Positions 1-13,604 are shown, numbered from the stretch's first letter. The stretch is DNA of 64,000 nucleotides from Bdellovibrionales bacterium (GCA_050246815.1 JBFWVI010000009.1:8976-72975), one strand, 5' to 3'. Notes: generated by a model from the sequence alone, not told the origin. A program made the numbers and translations.

Positions 1-217
<217 letters not shown>

Positions 218-358
218 TTTAGACTGTCGAACGGTGTTCGGCACGTCTCACTTCGTTGGTCATCCCTAAGACCTTTTGACTAGCTGTTTAGTTTTGAGAG
301 AGCACAAAGCCACTTTGCGGTACGTTGTTTCTGGTGGCGGTGTAGATAGAAGACCTAG

Positions 359-435
<77 letters not shown>

Positions 436-503
436 TCTTTTCAAGCAAGAGTTCGCGGAAGCGAAAGTTTGCTTGAGAATATGAGAGGCGAAAGCTTTCT
501 CTG

Positions 504-515
504 TGATCTTTGAAA
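504..515 (+). promoter_or_regulatory. boxA-like antitermination element in the rRNA spacer
   Basis: TGATCTTTGAAA resembles boxA (TGCTCTTTAACA) at the usual position after the spacer tRNA. Confidence 0.6.
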
Positions 516-667
516 ATAGAATATATTTGTTATCGATAGTTAAGTTTTTAACTATCAGCAAAAAAACCATAAGTTTTTTATTTTTTAGATTAGAGAAAAG
601 ATAAGAATTACTACCTAACAAAAATTAGGTTCAAGTAATTCTTAGCAAGGTGAGTTCAAATACGAAT

Positions 668-3646
<2,979 letters not shown>

Positions 3647-3695
3647 AAGTTTATTTGAACTCAATCCTTGCTAAGAATGACTTGTGCTTAATTTT

Positions 3696-3813
3696 TGCTG
3701 GTGTCTATAGCGGCGGGGCCACACCTGATCCCATCCCGAACTCAGAAGTTAAGTCCGCCAGCGGCGATGGTAGTGCAGCGGTAACGCTGTGGGAGAGTAG
3801 CACGATGCCAGCT
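3696..3813 (+). rRNA. rrf: 5S rRNA
   Basis: GCTGGTG...GATCCCATCCCGAACTCAGAAGTTAAG...GGGAGAGTAG...GCCAGC with complementary termini, ~118 nt. Confidence 0.96.
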
Positions 3814-3822
3814 TTTTTTTGT

Positions 3823-3860
3823 AAAGCCCGTCTTGGGAGACCAAGACGGGCTTTTTTTTT
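3823..3860 (+). terminator. Rho-independent terminator of the rrn operon
   Basis: Perfect stem AAAGCCCGTCTTGG-GAGA-CCAAGACGGGCTTT followed by a T run. Confidence 0.92.
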
Positions 3861-3967
3861 GCCTTTTTGAGGTCATTGCCATGACTTTGCCCGCCTTGAT
3901 TCGTTTTCGTGATTCCCCGTAGAATTCCAAATGGTTTTTTAGTCCATTCGAAGGCAGTGGGAAACAT

Positions 3968-5296
3968 TTGAACTGTAGCGCCTATTTCAAATTGCTTGTG
4001 GGGCTTTTGCTTGGACTTTGTGCCGAGGCTTGGGCCGCCACTGATGGGCTGGTGGGCATGCGCTCCCTGCTGAGTTGGGCAAAAGAAAGCCAAGTGGATT
4101 GGCGCGAGGCTACTTACGCACGAGAAAAAGCCGGGATGAGTGTCACTTCGGCGCGCTCGGTGTTCTTGCCGGATTTAGGTCTGCGCTCGACGTATACTTA
4201 CGACTGGCAACTTGATGATGCGAAAAGTGACTCGGTTTCATCTGAGGCAATGATCGTTTCGACCTGGTCGCTTTATGACAATGGGACTTCGTTTCGAACT
4301 TTTCGCATTCGCAATTTGGAATTGGAAAAGGCCAAACTTCAGGAAACCACAGCACACAACTCAGTGAGCTATGAGGTTTTTGATCGTTACTTGCGCCACC
4401 TGTTGGCTCGTCGCCAAAAGGAAATCACCACAGGCAAACTGAATCTTTTGGTGGGGCAGTATCGCTTGACTCAGCAACAGTATCGTCAAGGTTTGAAGAC
4501 ACGTCGCGATTACCAGCGGCTCGAGTCCGAGACGGAGCGGGCGCGCCTGAATCTGCTTCGCCAGGAAAACTCGGAGAAAGATTCTTTCGATGAGCTGAAA
4601 CGCTATTTGGGCGTAAGTGGCGCGGCACTGACTTCGATGGAAAAATTAAAGATTGTACCGGTCGCGAGTTTTTTACCAGCCATGCAGCGTATGCGGGATT
4701 TTAATAAAATCAAAAAGGACCAAGTTCTAACTGTGCGAACTGCCGAGCTGGACAAAGATGTACGCCGGTTACAGAGTTTGCAGGCCGACACGCCGCTTTG
4801 GCCAATGGTGGATTTGAATGGTCAGGTGGGTTACGGCTCGCAATCCTTTGCGGGATTTGGCGAAAGCTGGCGTGATCAGGATCGTTTCTATGGTCAGGGG
4901 CTGGTTCAATTCAGCTGGAATTTGTGGGATTGGGGCGGGCGGCGCAGTACGGCTCGTGCGGCTCAGCTTGATGAAAGGCTTTCTCATTTGCGGTTCGATC
5001 AAAGTCGTTTGAACGCAGATGCGGAATTTGAAAGATTGTTGCGCGATTATCTGCGGCTTGAAAAGTCTTTGGCCGTTGTGCGCAAGGTGCACTCCATCGA
5101 ATTGAGCACATTTCGTGATATTGAAGTCGAATATCGTGAAGGGCGCGCCTCTTACTTGGACTTGATCACCAGTTTGGATCGGCGTTCGCAGGCCGAGCTG
5201 GACGTGGAGCAAGAAACGGTGGCGATGCTTTTGAATATGTCACAGCTCTTGAGAATGACGGGGGACCTGTATGAAGCTTGCCTGCAGTTGGACTAA
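3968..5296 (+). CDS. TolC-family outer membrane efflux protein
   Basis: Signal peptide (AWA), two OEP-like repeats (P.L.L...Y; FSWNLWDWG; Y..G....LD), first gene of a TolC-MFP-ABC operon; TTG start uncertain. Confidence 0.85.
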   Translation: MNCSAYFKLLVGLLLGLCAEAWAATDGLVGMRSLLSWAKESQVDWREATYAREKAGMSVTSARSVFLPDLGLRSTYTYDWQLDDAKSDSVSSEAMIVSTWSLYDNGTSFRTFRIRNLELEKAKLQETTAHNSVSYEVFDRYLRHLLARRQKEITTGKLNLLVGQYRLTQQQYRQGLKTRRDYQRLESETERARLNLLRQENSEKDSFDELKRYLGVSGAALTSMEKLKIVPVASFLPAMQRMRDFNKIKKDQVLTVRTAELDKDVRRLQSLQADTPLWPMVDLNGQVGYGSQSFAGFGESWRDQDRFYGQGLVQFSWNLWDWGGRRSTARAAQLDERLSHLRFDQSRLNADAEFERLLRDYLRLEKSLAVVRKVHSIELSTFRDIEVEYREGRASYLDLITSLDRRSQAELDVEQETVAMLLNMSQLLRMTGDLYEACLQLD

Positions 5297-6122
5297 TTTT
5301 AACCTGGTGATGATGGCAGGGGCGCTCGCTGTGAGTTGCACTAAAAAAATCGATTCCACTGTCAAAACCGGAAAAGTTGAAAAGACCGACGTTATTCAGC
5401 GTACCACATTGAATGGCAGCCTACGTGGCAATCGGCAGAGCCAGATCCAGCCGGGGTACTCTGGTTATGTGGGCAAAGTTTTTGTGAAGGTCGGTGAAGA
5501 CGTGAAGGCTGGACAGGCTTTGGTGAGCATCACGCAGACGATCAACCAAAACTTGAACGAAGTATTTCCGATACGTGCGCCGTTTGCGGGAAAGGTGACT
5601 CAAATTCTGAAGCAAGAGGGCGAATACATTTCGACGTCGAGCAGCAACAACGCTTTGTTGGTGCTGGATGATCTGACCTCGATGTGGATTGATGCCAATA
5701 TCCCCGAGGTCGACATTGCCAAGGTATCTTTAGGGCTTGAGGCGCAAATTCGTGCCAATGCTTTGCCCGGACGCACTTACAAGGGGGCGGTACAGACCCT
5801 GTCACTGTCTTCCAAGGCCGCCACGGATCGTTGGGACCGAGGCCGGGTGGAGTTTCCGGCTGAAATTCGAGTGCTGGATCCGGATCAAGATCTGAAGCCC
5901 GGCATGACGGTTGTGGTGGATGTGATTTCGGCCAAAGTAGAAGGGGTACTGGCGGTGCGACATGAATTTGTGCATCGCGAGCGTGGGGATGTTTTTTTGA
6001 TCGACAAAAATGATCGGCGTTATCCGGTTGAGCTGGGACTTTCAAATGAAGACATGGTGGAAATTCGCAGCGGTGTAAGTGAAGGTTTTGAAGTCAAAAT
6101 GAAGGACTTCACAAAACTTTGA
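5271..6122 (+). CDS. macA: MacA-like periplasmic adaptor (membrane fusion) lipoprotein
   Basis: Lipobox AVSC, lipoyl-like motifs (V.VKVGEDVKAGQ.L; IRAPFAGKV), LKPGMTV; overlaps both flanking genes. Confidence 0.82.
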   Translation: MKLACSWTNFNLVMMAGALAVSCTKKIDSTVKTGKVEKTDVIQRTTLNGSLRGNRQSQIQPGYSGYVGKVFVKVGEDVKAGQALVSITQTINQNLNEVFPIRAPFAGKVTQILKQEGEYISTSSSNNALLVLDDLTSMWIDANIPEVDIAKVSLGLEAQIRANALPGRTYKGAVQTLSLSSKAATDRWDRGRVEFPAEIRVLDPDQDLKPGMTVVVDVISAKVEGVLAVRHEFVHRERGDVFLIDKNDRRYPVELGLSNEDMVEIRSGVSEGFEVKMKDFTKL

Positions 6123-8212
6123 TGGAGCTGCTGCTTGAAACCCGCAATTTGGGCTTTTCTTATAAGACAGGGCCGCCTGTTTTAAAGGGTATTTCGTTTG
6201 GAATTCGGCATGGCGAATTTGTGGCAATCACAGGTCCATCGGGCTCGGGCAAGTCGACTTTGTTTTATTTGTTGGGTGCGCTGACTTCTAAATTCAAAGG
6301 CGATATTTTTTTTGAAGGCATTTCTTACCGCACCATGAGTGCCGAGAAAGCCGCCGTGTTTCGCAATCAAAATATCGGCTTTGTATTTCAGCAGTTTTAC
6401 CTGCTGCCGCGGGCGAATGTTTTGGACAACATATTGTTACCAGCAAATTATCCCTTTGAAACTTCGCGCCCCACACTGGTGGACCAAGAACGAGCTAAAA
6501 ATTTAGCTCATGAGTTGGGAATAGAGCATTTACTAGAGCGCGGACCACAACAGCTTTCGGGCGGGCAGCAACAACGAGTGGCGATTGCGCGAGCCCTGCT
6601 GCGAGACCCAGATTTGATTTTGGCTGATGAACCCACGGGAAATTTGGACAGTCACTCGAGTGAGGCGGTTTTTGGCTTGCTGCGCGAGATGAATCGCAAA
6701 GGAAAAACCGTGGTTTTGATTACTCACAGCCAAGAACTAGCCAATCAGTGCGAGCGAATCATTCGCTTTAAAGATGGTGAAATCGAAGAGGATGTGAAAA
6801 ATGGATCTAAATCGGCAGAGGGTTCTGTTCAAGAGTCAAAGGGGGCGCTTGAAGGACTGAATCTTTCGGACATCGCCAAATTTCGTATGCGGGAACCTTT
6901 GGCCCCCGGGTCGCGTTGGATGCAGTTTTTGGCCACATGGTCTTTGGTTTCTTATTGGCGATCGCTTCGGCCTGCCATAGAAAATATCCGGCGCAGTAAG
7001 GCCAAATCTTTTTTGACGATGCTGGGTGTGGTGCTGGGGATCGCGGCGGTTTTGAGTACGATGAGTCTGGGCGATTTTACCAAACGGCGGGTGCTGGCCG
7101 GCTATGAGTCAATGGGTGTTAATAACTTGAATTTGAATGGTTATCCAAATTGGCGCCGCAGCTCGCGTGAATATGCCCCAGCTATTTTTCAGGCCTTTGA
7201 TTGGCGGCGGGACTTGTTACCATTACAAAAAATATTCACTGAAATTGAGGCCATGTCACCCGTGCTGCAAGTGTGGAGCCCTAAATTTAATTTCGGCGGT
7301 AACACTTTGTCAGACGACACGACCTTGCTGGGGGTGAATGAAGACTATTATATGATCACTAATCAGCAGCTTAAGGAGGGGCGACGCTTGATGTGGTTGG
7401 ACGTCGAGAACGCCCATCCGGTGTGCGTGATTGGCTCAGGCGTGCAGAAGAAACTGTTCCGCCATGATGCTGCCCTGGATCGCATCGTCACCATTTTGCC
7501 GCAAAATCAAGAAAGTGAAATTCCGTGTCGCGTGGTGGGCGTATACAAACCTCAGCCGTCGCAAAATGCCAACAACCAGCCCGATGATATGATTTACGCA
7601 CCTTACACCTACTTGCAGCGCGGTTTGACCAATCCTTGGGAGCGGGACATGCGCGGAGTTTCGATCAAAATCAGTTCCGGTTTTGACCCGGATAAAATGG
7701 GCAAACAATTTGAAGGGTATTTTAAGTCCCGCTATGGCAACACGGGCCAATTCAATTCCAATTCGAATGCGAAGGCCATCGCCGAGATGCGACTTTTTGT
7801 GGCCATTTTTTCATCGCTTTTGACTGCGGTGGCGCTGATCGCCTTGATTGTTGGCGGGGTTGGGATCAACAACATGATGTTGGTGAATTTATCAGAGCGA
7901 TTAAAGGAGCTGGGCTTACGCAAGGCCTTGGGCGCGACACCACAGCAGATTCGCGCACTGCTGCTGACCGAGTCTTTGGTTTTGTGTCTGATCGGCGGTG
8001 TGGTGGGTTTGATTTTAGGATTTTGTGGATACCACGGCTTGATCTATGCCGCGACGAAGTTAATTCCAAACCTTGAGTTTCAGTGGGTTGTGCTATGGGG
8101 GGCTGTGCTGCTGTCGGGAGGCGCGGTCATCATCACGGGACTTTTAAGTGGCATGACTCCGGCGCTCAAAGCGGAACGTCTTCAAGTTATCGATGCGCTA
8201 AGACAGGAATAG
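6119..8212 (+). CDS. macB: MacB-type ABC transporter, fused ATPase and FtsX-like permease
   Basis: Walker [53 protein letters not shown]; start may be the ATG at 6122. Confidence 0.93.
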   Translation: MMELLLETRNLGFSYKTGPPVLKGISFGIRHGEFVAITGPSGSGKSTLFYLLGALTSKFKGDIFFEGISYRTMSAEKAAVFRNQNIGFVFQQFYLLPRANVLDNILLPANYPFETSRPTLVDQERAKNLAHELGIEHLLERGPQQLSGGQQQRVAIARALLRDPDLILADEPTGNLDSHSSEAVFGLLREMNRKGKTVVLITHSQELANQCERIIRFKDGEIEEDVKNGSKSAEGSVQESKGALEGLNLSDIAKFRMREPLAPGSRWMQFLATWSLVSYWRSLRPAIENIRRSKAKSFLTMLGVVLGIAAVLSTMSLGDFTKRRVLAGYESMGVNNLNLNGYPNWRRSSREYAPAIFQAFDWRRDLLPLQKIFTEIEAMSPVLQVWSPKFNFGGNTLSDDTTLLGVNEDYYMITNQQLKEGRRLMWLDVENAHPVCVIGSGVQKKLFRHDAALDRIVTILPQNQESEIPCRVVGVYKPQPSQNANNQPDDMIYAPYTYLQRGLTNPWERDMRGVSIKISSGFDPDKMGKQFEGYFKSRYGNTGQFNSNSNAKAIAEMRLFVAIFSSLLTAVALIALIVGGVGINNMMLVNLSERLKELGLRKALGATPQQIRALLLTESLVLCLIGGVVGLILGFCGYHGLIYAATKLIPNLEFQWVVLWGAVLLSGGAVIITGLLSGMTPALKAERLQVIDALRQE

Positions 8213-8286
8213 CATTTTTTTTCGCAGATAAATTTGTCCAAAAAATATTCAGATTCAACCTGATCCCGATTTGGTTGGGGTAAGAT

Positions 8287-8301
8287 GTCTCACTTTGAGA
8301 C
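8287..8301. promoter_or_regulatory. Palindromic operator-like site GTCTCA-N3-TGAGAC (perfect copy)
   Basis: GTCTCACTTTGAGAC upstream of the octaheme gene; 1-mismatch copies at 30075 and 56633. Confidence 0.55.
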
Positions 8302-8385
8302 CGTTCGTATTTAAATAAATCTGAAGCTTCTCTCCAAGTTTAAATTGGCTGATAATGGGAGCAGTAGACTTATGCCGGGGTACCC

Positions 8386-9210
8386 GTGAAAAGAAGCAGT
8401 CTTCTTCAAAACCTGAGTGTCATCGTGTTTTTTGCCGGCATGATTTTTTTGTTTCAGAATTGCAATGTGTTAAGCCGGCCTCAGGCGGTCGACATGTCAT
8501 CACTTTCGTTGCTTTTATTTCATGACAACTTTGATGTGGCGACTTTACAATGTATGGATTGTCATGAAAGTGATCGAAAAGACGTCGCTCACTTTGCAGG
8601 GCAAGACTGTGCCGGTTGCCATGTGCCTGGCCCAGGTTGGGCTGTAAGCGCGGATGCCGCACATAACCCAGTACCAGTTCAATGCAAATCCTGCCATGCT
8701 GATGGAGCCACTTACGATCGATATCCTGTTGGTCATATGGCAATTGCAAGTGGCAGTGATTGTATTGACTGCCATAAGGCGTCCATCAGTGCGGGCTTTA
8801 TGGATTGGAAGGGTGGTTTATTTGCACACGATGCTACATTAATCGCAGGAAGAAACTGTTCAAGCTGCCATGCTGCAGATCGCCCCCCGATCGTTAATTC
8901 AACGAACATCAACCCCAGTATCAATGATGCCCGTGTCGTGGATAAAACTCACTTTGCGGCCAAAGATTGCTTTTACTGCCACAATGCACCACCGACAGGA
9001 AACTCGTGGCGAGGTGCCAGTGCCAATCAGTATGAACACACCGATGCATCAGGAATCAAACTCAATTTCTGCCTCTCTTGCCACATGAGAAGTGAGCATG
9101 TGGGCGTACACGGCTCGGTCAACTCGGACTTAGACACAGACGGAAAGTGCCAGCAATGTCACCAGAAACGAAGAAGCTGGGACAAATCGCCGCGCAATCC
9201 AAACTTGTGA
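8386..9210 (+). CDS. Octaheme c-type cytochrome lipoprotein
   Basis: Hydrophobic signal ending FQNC; 8 CxxCH motifs (CMDCH, CAGCH, CKSCH, CIDCH, CSSCH, CFYCH, CLSCH, CQQCH). Confidence 0.9.
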   Translation: MKRSSLLQNLSVIVFFAGMIFLFQNCNVLSRPQAVDMSSLSLLLFHDNFDVATLQCMDCHESDRKDVAHFAGQDCAGCHVPGPGWAVSADAAHNPVPVQCKSCHADGATYDRYPVGHMAIASGSDCIDCHKASISAGFMDWKGGLFAHDATLIAGRNCSSCHAADRPPIVNSTNINPSINDARVVDKTHFAAKDCFYCHNAPPTGNSWRGASANQYEHTDASGIKLNFCLSCHMRSEHVGVHGSVNSDLDTDGKCQQCHQKRRSWDKSPRNPNL

Positions 9211-9212
9211 TT

Positions 9213-9803
9213 TTACTCTTTCAAAAGACGCGACATTTCTTGAATCGACGCAGGGCTTTGCCAATCTCTAAAACCACTAATCTTGCGGTAAAACTTCAAG
9301 CCTTTTTTTAAAATATAGCTTTCAGGCAGCGCTGAAGTTCCATAACTATTAGCGGTCTGTCCGAATGGGTCCAGCAATGTAATGAAATTCGAACTTGGTT
9401 TGATTTTTAAGTTTTTAAAAAAATCGAGCACCACGGACGAATTCTTGTCTTGCGAGATCGCGAGGATAAGAATTTCTTTTTCAAAGCTTCTTGAAAATTG
9501 AAGAAGAGAGGGCAGTTCGTCCAAACAGGGTTTGCACCAGGTAGCCCAAAAGTTAACGATCACAATCTTATCTGTATGGTCTTGAATGGCAAATGGGCTT
9601 CCGTTCAAGTCAAGAAGCGAGAAGTGCGGCGCTTGTTGAAAGGGCGTCTGTAGAGTCGCAATATCAAGGTCCGAGGGATTGATTTCTGGATTCACAACAT
9701 AGCGATCGACAAGTTTGTAGGTGCCGAAGGCGATGGCCACTACCGCGAGCAAAATCAGCGTTGTGGTTAAAGTCCGAGATCGAATGTGAACTGGTTGTGA
9801 CAT
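9213..9803 (-). CDS. TlpA/ResA-family membrane-anchored thiol-disulfide oxidoreductase
   Basis: N-terminal TM helix, VNFWATWCKPC..ELP, cis-Pro ALPES. Confidence 0.92.
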   Translation of the reverse strand: MSQPVHIRSRTLTTTLILLAVVAIAFGTYKLVDRYVVNPEINPSDLDIATLQTPFQQAPHFSLLDLNGSPFAIQDHTDKIVIVNFWATWCKPCLDELPSLLQFSRSFEKEILILAISQDKNSSVVLDFFKNLKIKPSSNFITLLDPFGQTANSYGTSALPESYILKKGLKFYRKISGFRDWQSPASIQEMSRLLKE

Positions 9804-12247
9804 TTATTACATTCCTGCACGCCTAAAATTGGTGCGTGATTGAAGGTGGAGTTATCGACGTTGTTGCGATGGCAGTCTGTGCAGCTTGAGTAAGTGCCCT
9901 GGTAGACTCCATTGTTGTGGCACGAGAAACAATCCAAAGCTCGATGACTCCCGCGAAGCGGGAAGGCTGTCATGGAGTGGCGAAATTTTGAATGCTCCCA
10001 AAATGTTTGTCGGTGGCATTCGCTGCAATTGGGTAAGGAGCCATTGTGGACGTCGTCTTTTTGGTGGCAGACAGAGCAGCTTTCGCTGAGGCCCGAAAGT
10101 TTACGATCTTCTCGGTGGCACTCCACGCAAGACAGCGTAAAGTGGCTCGCATGCAAAGTGAAATTGCGGTGAAAGTCCTTTACGATGGACCAACCTTTGT
10201 CGATGTGGCAGCTTTGGCAGCGATTGCCGAATTGCCCCTTATGGGTATCATCTCTTTTGTGGCAGTCGACGCAATCGGTTGAGAGTGGCCGATAGAGAGT
10301 TAATCTGTAGGCCTTCTGGTCGGGGCCAAATTGCACGCGCTTAGTTTCGTGGGGTTTATGGCAATCGCTGCATTTTGTCTTGACGTGTTTACCCGATAGC
10401 GCAAACCGTGTGCCCTTGTTGTGATTGAAGTTGGTCGGCGACCACTTTTTTTCGTTATGACAATTTTGGCAGCTGATTCCTAATTGGCCAGCATGAAAAT
10501 CAGAGTGACAAGTGGTGCAGGATTTTTTTTCCAGATCTGGGAAAAGAAAGCGGTGCCAAACTACTTCTTTTTGTCCGTAAGTCGAGCGGTTCAATGGCTT
10601 GTGACAATCGGCGCATTTAAGATCTTTGTGCCGCCCTTTAAGGGAAAATGCGGTTCGCTCATGGTCAAAGGATTTGAGATCAGAAAAGCGAGTGGTGGTA
10701 TGGCATTCGGTGCAATTTTTTGCCGAAAATGCGGTGTGGAATTGATCCAAGTGAGGGTTGCGATGACAATCGAGACAAAATCCGGATTCAAAGCTTGGAA
10801 ACTTAAAGACTTGCTTGCCGTTTTGATTGTGGCACGAGGAGCATTTAAGATTTTGATGCTGGCCGCTGAGCTGGAATCGGGTTTGATTGTGATCGAAAGT
10901 TCCTTTTTTGTCATTGGGTTGCAGATGCCAGCCCTCTGTAATATGGCAAGTGCTGCACTTTTTATTTGTAAAAGCCTTTGATGGAGAGCCCAAGTGAGGG
11001 TTTTGGTGGCAGGCGTTGCAGCTGGCGGAGGTTAGGTTGTGCCATAAATATCGGCCTGGCTTGTTGGCCCTATGCAGTGGCATCAAGAGTCCAGCTTTCT
11101 TTTTTTCCGGTAGATGGCAGTCCGCGCAAGACAGTGCGCTGTGTTTGCCATCGATTTCAAAGCGAGTGTTTGTTGAGTGGTTGAAGTCGTGAGTTTTCTT
11201 CCAATCGGATTCGGAATGACAGGATAAGCAGTTGTTTGGATTTTTTATGCGTGGAGATTTGTAGGCGCCAAACAAATGCTGATCTTTATGACAAGTGAGG
11301 CAGGCTTGTGAGAGGCCTTTGTAGTTGAGTTGGGCCGCTTTGGGCCGGCCGGCGTTTTGTTTATGACAGTCTGTGCAGCGAAGCTGGGCGTGTTTGCCGC
11401 GAAGCGGATAGCCGGTGTTTTGGTGTGGGAAGCTTGTTGTCTTCCAGCTAGTTTGATTGTGGCATGTGGTGCAATTGCCGTTTTGATATTTAGCCGAAAG
11501 ATTTTGTCGGTGAGGCGATTCATGACAGCTAAGGCACTTTGAGCTTGAAAGCTGTTTCCAATGATAGCGCGCAGGTGACTTGGGGGTGGTCGGCTTCTGA
11601 GGGGAGTGACAGTCTTGGCACTTTAACTGAGCGTGCTTTTCTTCAAGCTGAAATCGCGTATCCCGATTGTGATCAAATTTGGTTACTGTTTTCCAGGCCT
11701 GACTGTTGTGGCATGCATCACAGTCCTTTCGGGCCCACTTATCCGTGAACTGATGAATGTCGTCTTTGCGGTGGCAAGAGATGCAGCTTGAGATCTGCCC
11801 AATGTAGCGGACCCCGTCGGGTCGAATAGGCTTTTGTGAGCGCTTTTGTTTGTGGCAGTCCGTGCACTTGAGTTGAGCGTGTTTGCCCGTCAGCGAAAGG
11901 CCTGTGATGTCATGGTTGAACTTGGCTTCGTTCAAAATTGTTGTATCATGTTGGCGACCTTGGTGGTCGGAATGGCAGTCCTGGCACTTTTTATCTGTGC
12001 GTCCGTGCAGTCCGCGTTTTTCATTTACGAACGGCAGGATCTCCTTATGGCATTCAAGGCATTTTTGGCTGGGCAGTCCTTTGCCCGCATCGTGGCATTT
12101 CATGCAGTCCGTGGCCTCTAAGTCTTTGTGCCCTTCGATAAGGGGGCCTGGTGCAAAGAGTTTATTGAGCAGGGCTTCCCGACTGGCCTCTTGGGCTTGC
12201 AGGACAACAGGTATCAAAACCAGTAGGGTATAGAGCCAACGCTTCAT
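9767..12247 (-). CDS. Large periplasmic multiheme cytochrome c (30 CxxCH; ten triheme modules)
   Basis: Sec signal peptide; 30 CxxCH counted by hand; repeating F.H..T.F.L.G.H..L.CxxCH...CxxCH..H...CxxCH unit. Confidence 0.93.
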   Translation of the reverse strand: MKRWLYTLLVLIPVVLQAQEASREALLNKLFAPGPLIEGHKDLEATDCMKCHDAGKGLPSQKCLECHKEILPFVNEKRGLHGRTDKKCQDCHSDHQGRQHDTTILNEAKFNHDITGLSLTGKHAQLKCTDCHKQKRSQKPIRPDGVRYIGQISSCISCHRKDDIHQFTDKWARKDCDACHNSQAWKTVTKFDHNRDTRFQLEEKHAQLKCQDCHSPQKPTTPKSPARYHWKQLSSSKCLSCHESPHRQNLSAKYQNGNCTTCHNQTSWKTTSFPHQNTGYPLRGKHAQLRCTDCHKQNAGRPKAAQLNYKGLSQACLTCHKDQHLFGAYKSPRIKNPNNCLSCHSESDWKKTHDFNHSTNTRFEIDGKHSALSCADCHLPEKKKAGLLMPLHRANKPGRYLWHNLTSASCNACHQNPHLGSPSKAFTNKKCSTCHITEGWHLQPNDKKGTFDHNQTRFQLSGQHQNLKCSSCHNQNGKQVFKFPSFESGFCLDCHRNPHLDQFHTAFSAKNCTECHTTTRFSDLKSFDHERTAFSLKGRHKDLKCADCHKPLNRSTYGQKEVVWHRFLFPDLEKKSCTTCHSDFHAGQLGISCQNCHNEKKWSPTNFNHNKGTRFALSGKHVKTKCSDCHKPHETKRVQFGPDQKAYRLTLYRPLSTDCVDCHKRDDTHKGQFGNRCQSCHIDKGWSIVKDFHRNFTLHASHFTLSCVECHREDRKLSGLSESCSVCHQKDDVHNGSLPNCSECHRQTFWEHSKFRHSMTAFPLRGSHRALDCFSCHNNGVYQGTYSSCTDCHRNNVDNSTFNHAPILGVQECNKCHNQFTFDLGL

Positions 12248-13575
12248 AAGCGTCCCCGCGGTGGCGTGCCGTCTCGGAGCGGAGAAATTTTTTGATTGCC
12301 GAACAAAAGTGTGACTTGGAAGAGCGCAGAATAGATTTCAACTTTTTCGTCTCGTTGGTACTGTAGACTGGCGGCGCCAAAAAAACGCCGTGAGACTTGG
12401 AAGGCATAAGTGGCTTCACCGATGATCGGGTGCAGGTGTTGACCCGTGGTCTCAGTTTCAGCGCCAAGGTCAATTGAGAACTCATACTCATCTTTGTCGG
12501 TGAAATAGCCAAAGCTGTATCCGCCATAAGTGCCAGTTTTCGTAAATTCCTTTTTTTGTGCAAGTCGGTAAGACATATCGATGTTTTTGGAGTGTATTCT
12601 TGGCGTTTTACATTCGCCAGTGACATTTAAGCGCTCCAAGTCATCCGCGCTTCGTTTTCCGTAGCGGGTTTGGAGGGTCCAGCGAAGCGTTGGACTAGAG
12701 AGCAGGGTGCCACGAAGAGACGCTTCTTTGTATGGGCTGGGCTCTAATTGTTCGCGTAGGTCCTGGGCACGGCGATATTCGACAACGTCGTAGGCGCTCA
12801 GACCTAATTGAGTGAAAAAGCGGGATGTCCATTTTTGGTCATAGAGAGCCAACCCATTTTGAACGTAAGTGCGAGGCACAAAATCCAAGTACACCATACT
12901 TGAGACTTGGCTCCCCACGGCCCATTGATAGGCGCTTCTTTGGTAGAGGTACTGGCGATCAGTTTGGCCATCGTATTGTTGTGTGACGTGGGCCACATGA
13001 AGTTCTTTGCGTGTAGTCCATGACGGTGTTTTGGGAGTCAGCGAAGCTATCGCGCCGAAGGTGGTGGCCTTTTCGCGAAACTGGAGATAGCTTTTGTCAT
13101 ATTGTTTTGGGTTAAGGCCGGCAAAGGCTTCGGCGCTAAAACTTTGCGACAGCCGCCATCCAATGCTCGCGCCATCGTTGAATGTAGCGCCAGCATCTGG
13201 TATCGCATAGCGGCCGACCTCAAAAATAAGACCTTCTGAATTGGGATTTTTTCGTAAGGAGAGTTGGCGGACTTGGAATGAGTTGTGATCTGTCAGTTCC
13301 TGTCTTTCGCGGTCTAGCTTATTGAAAAAATCATGTTTGTCCCTGAGATCCGAGGTGAAGACCCACTCGCGCGTGAGCAGGTCCCCCGCACGATAGTAAA
13401 ACCGGGCCGACGAAGTGGCAAAATCATTGTTGTCGGTGCTGAAGGGCTCGGGCTCATGTTTTTCATGGGAGAAAAAGGCGCCAAAGCTAAGGCGCCCGTG
13501 TTCATCAAAGGCAAAAGTGGGGACCGCAAAGACGGCCCCAAACAACATCGGGATAAGTAAGCTTTTACTTTTCAT
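12244..13575 (-). CDS. Putative outer-membrane beta-barrel (porin-like) protein
   Basis: Signal peptide (PTFA), aromatic-rich alternating strands throughout, no other TM helices; stop overlaps the 30-heme gene start (ATGA). Confidence 0.7.
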   Translation of the reverse strand: MKSKSLLIPMLFGAVFAVPTFAFDEHGRLSFGAFFSHEKHEPEPFSTDNNDFATSSARFYYRAGDLLTREWVFTSDLRDKHDFFNKLDRERQELTDHNSFQVRQLSLRKNPNSEGLIFEVGRYAIPDAGATFNDGASIGWRLSQSFSAEAFAGLNPKQYDKSYLQFREKATTFGAIASLTPKTPSWTTRKELHVAHVTQQYDGQTDRQYLYQRSAYQWAVGSQVSSMVYLDFVPRTYVQNGLALYDQKWTSRFFTQLGLSAYDVVEYRRAQDLREQLEPSPYKEASLRGTLLSSPTLRWTLQTRYGKRSADDLERLNVTGECKTPRIHSKNIDMSYRLAQKKEFTKTGTYGGYSFGYFTDKDEYEFSIDLGAETETTGQHLHPIIGEATYAFQVSRRFFGAASLQYQRDEKVEIYSALFQVTLLFGNQKISPLRDGTPPRGRL

Positions 13576-13604
13576 TTCAATCAGGCTCTGTCTAGAATGC
13601 TAGC

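Noticed and set aside
3968..8212. TolC-MFP-ABC as a type I secretion system for the giant protein
   Set aside because: The ABC is MacB/FtsX-type rather than HlyB-type, it lies ~22 kb away, and the giant protein has a Sec/lipoprotein signal and no RTX repeats
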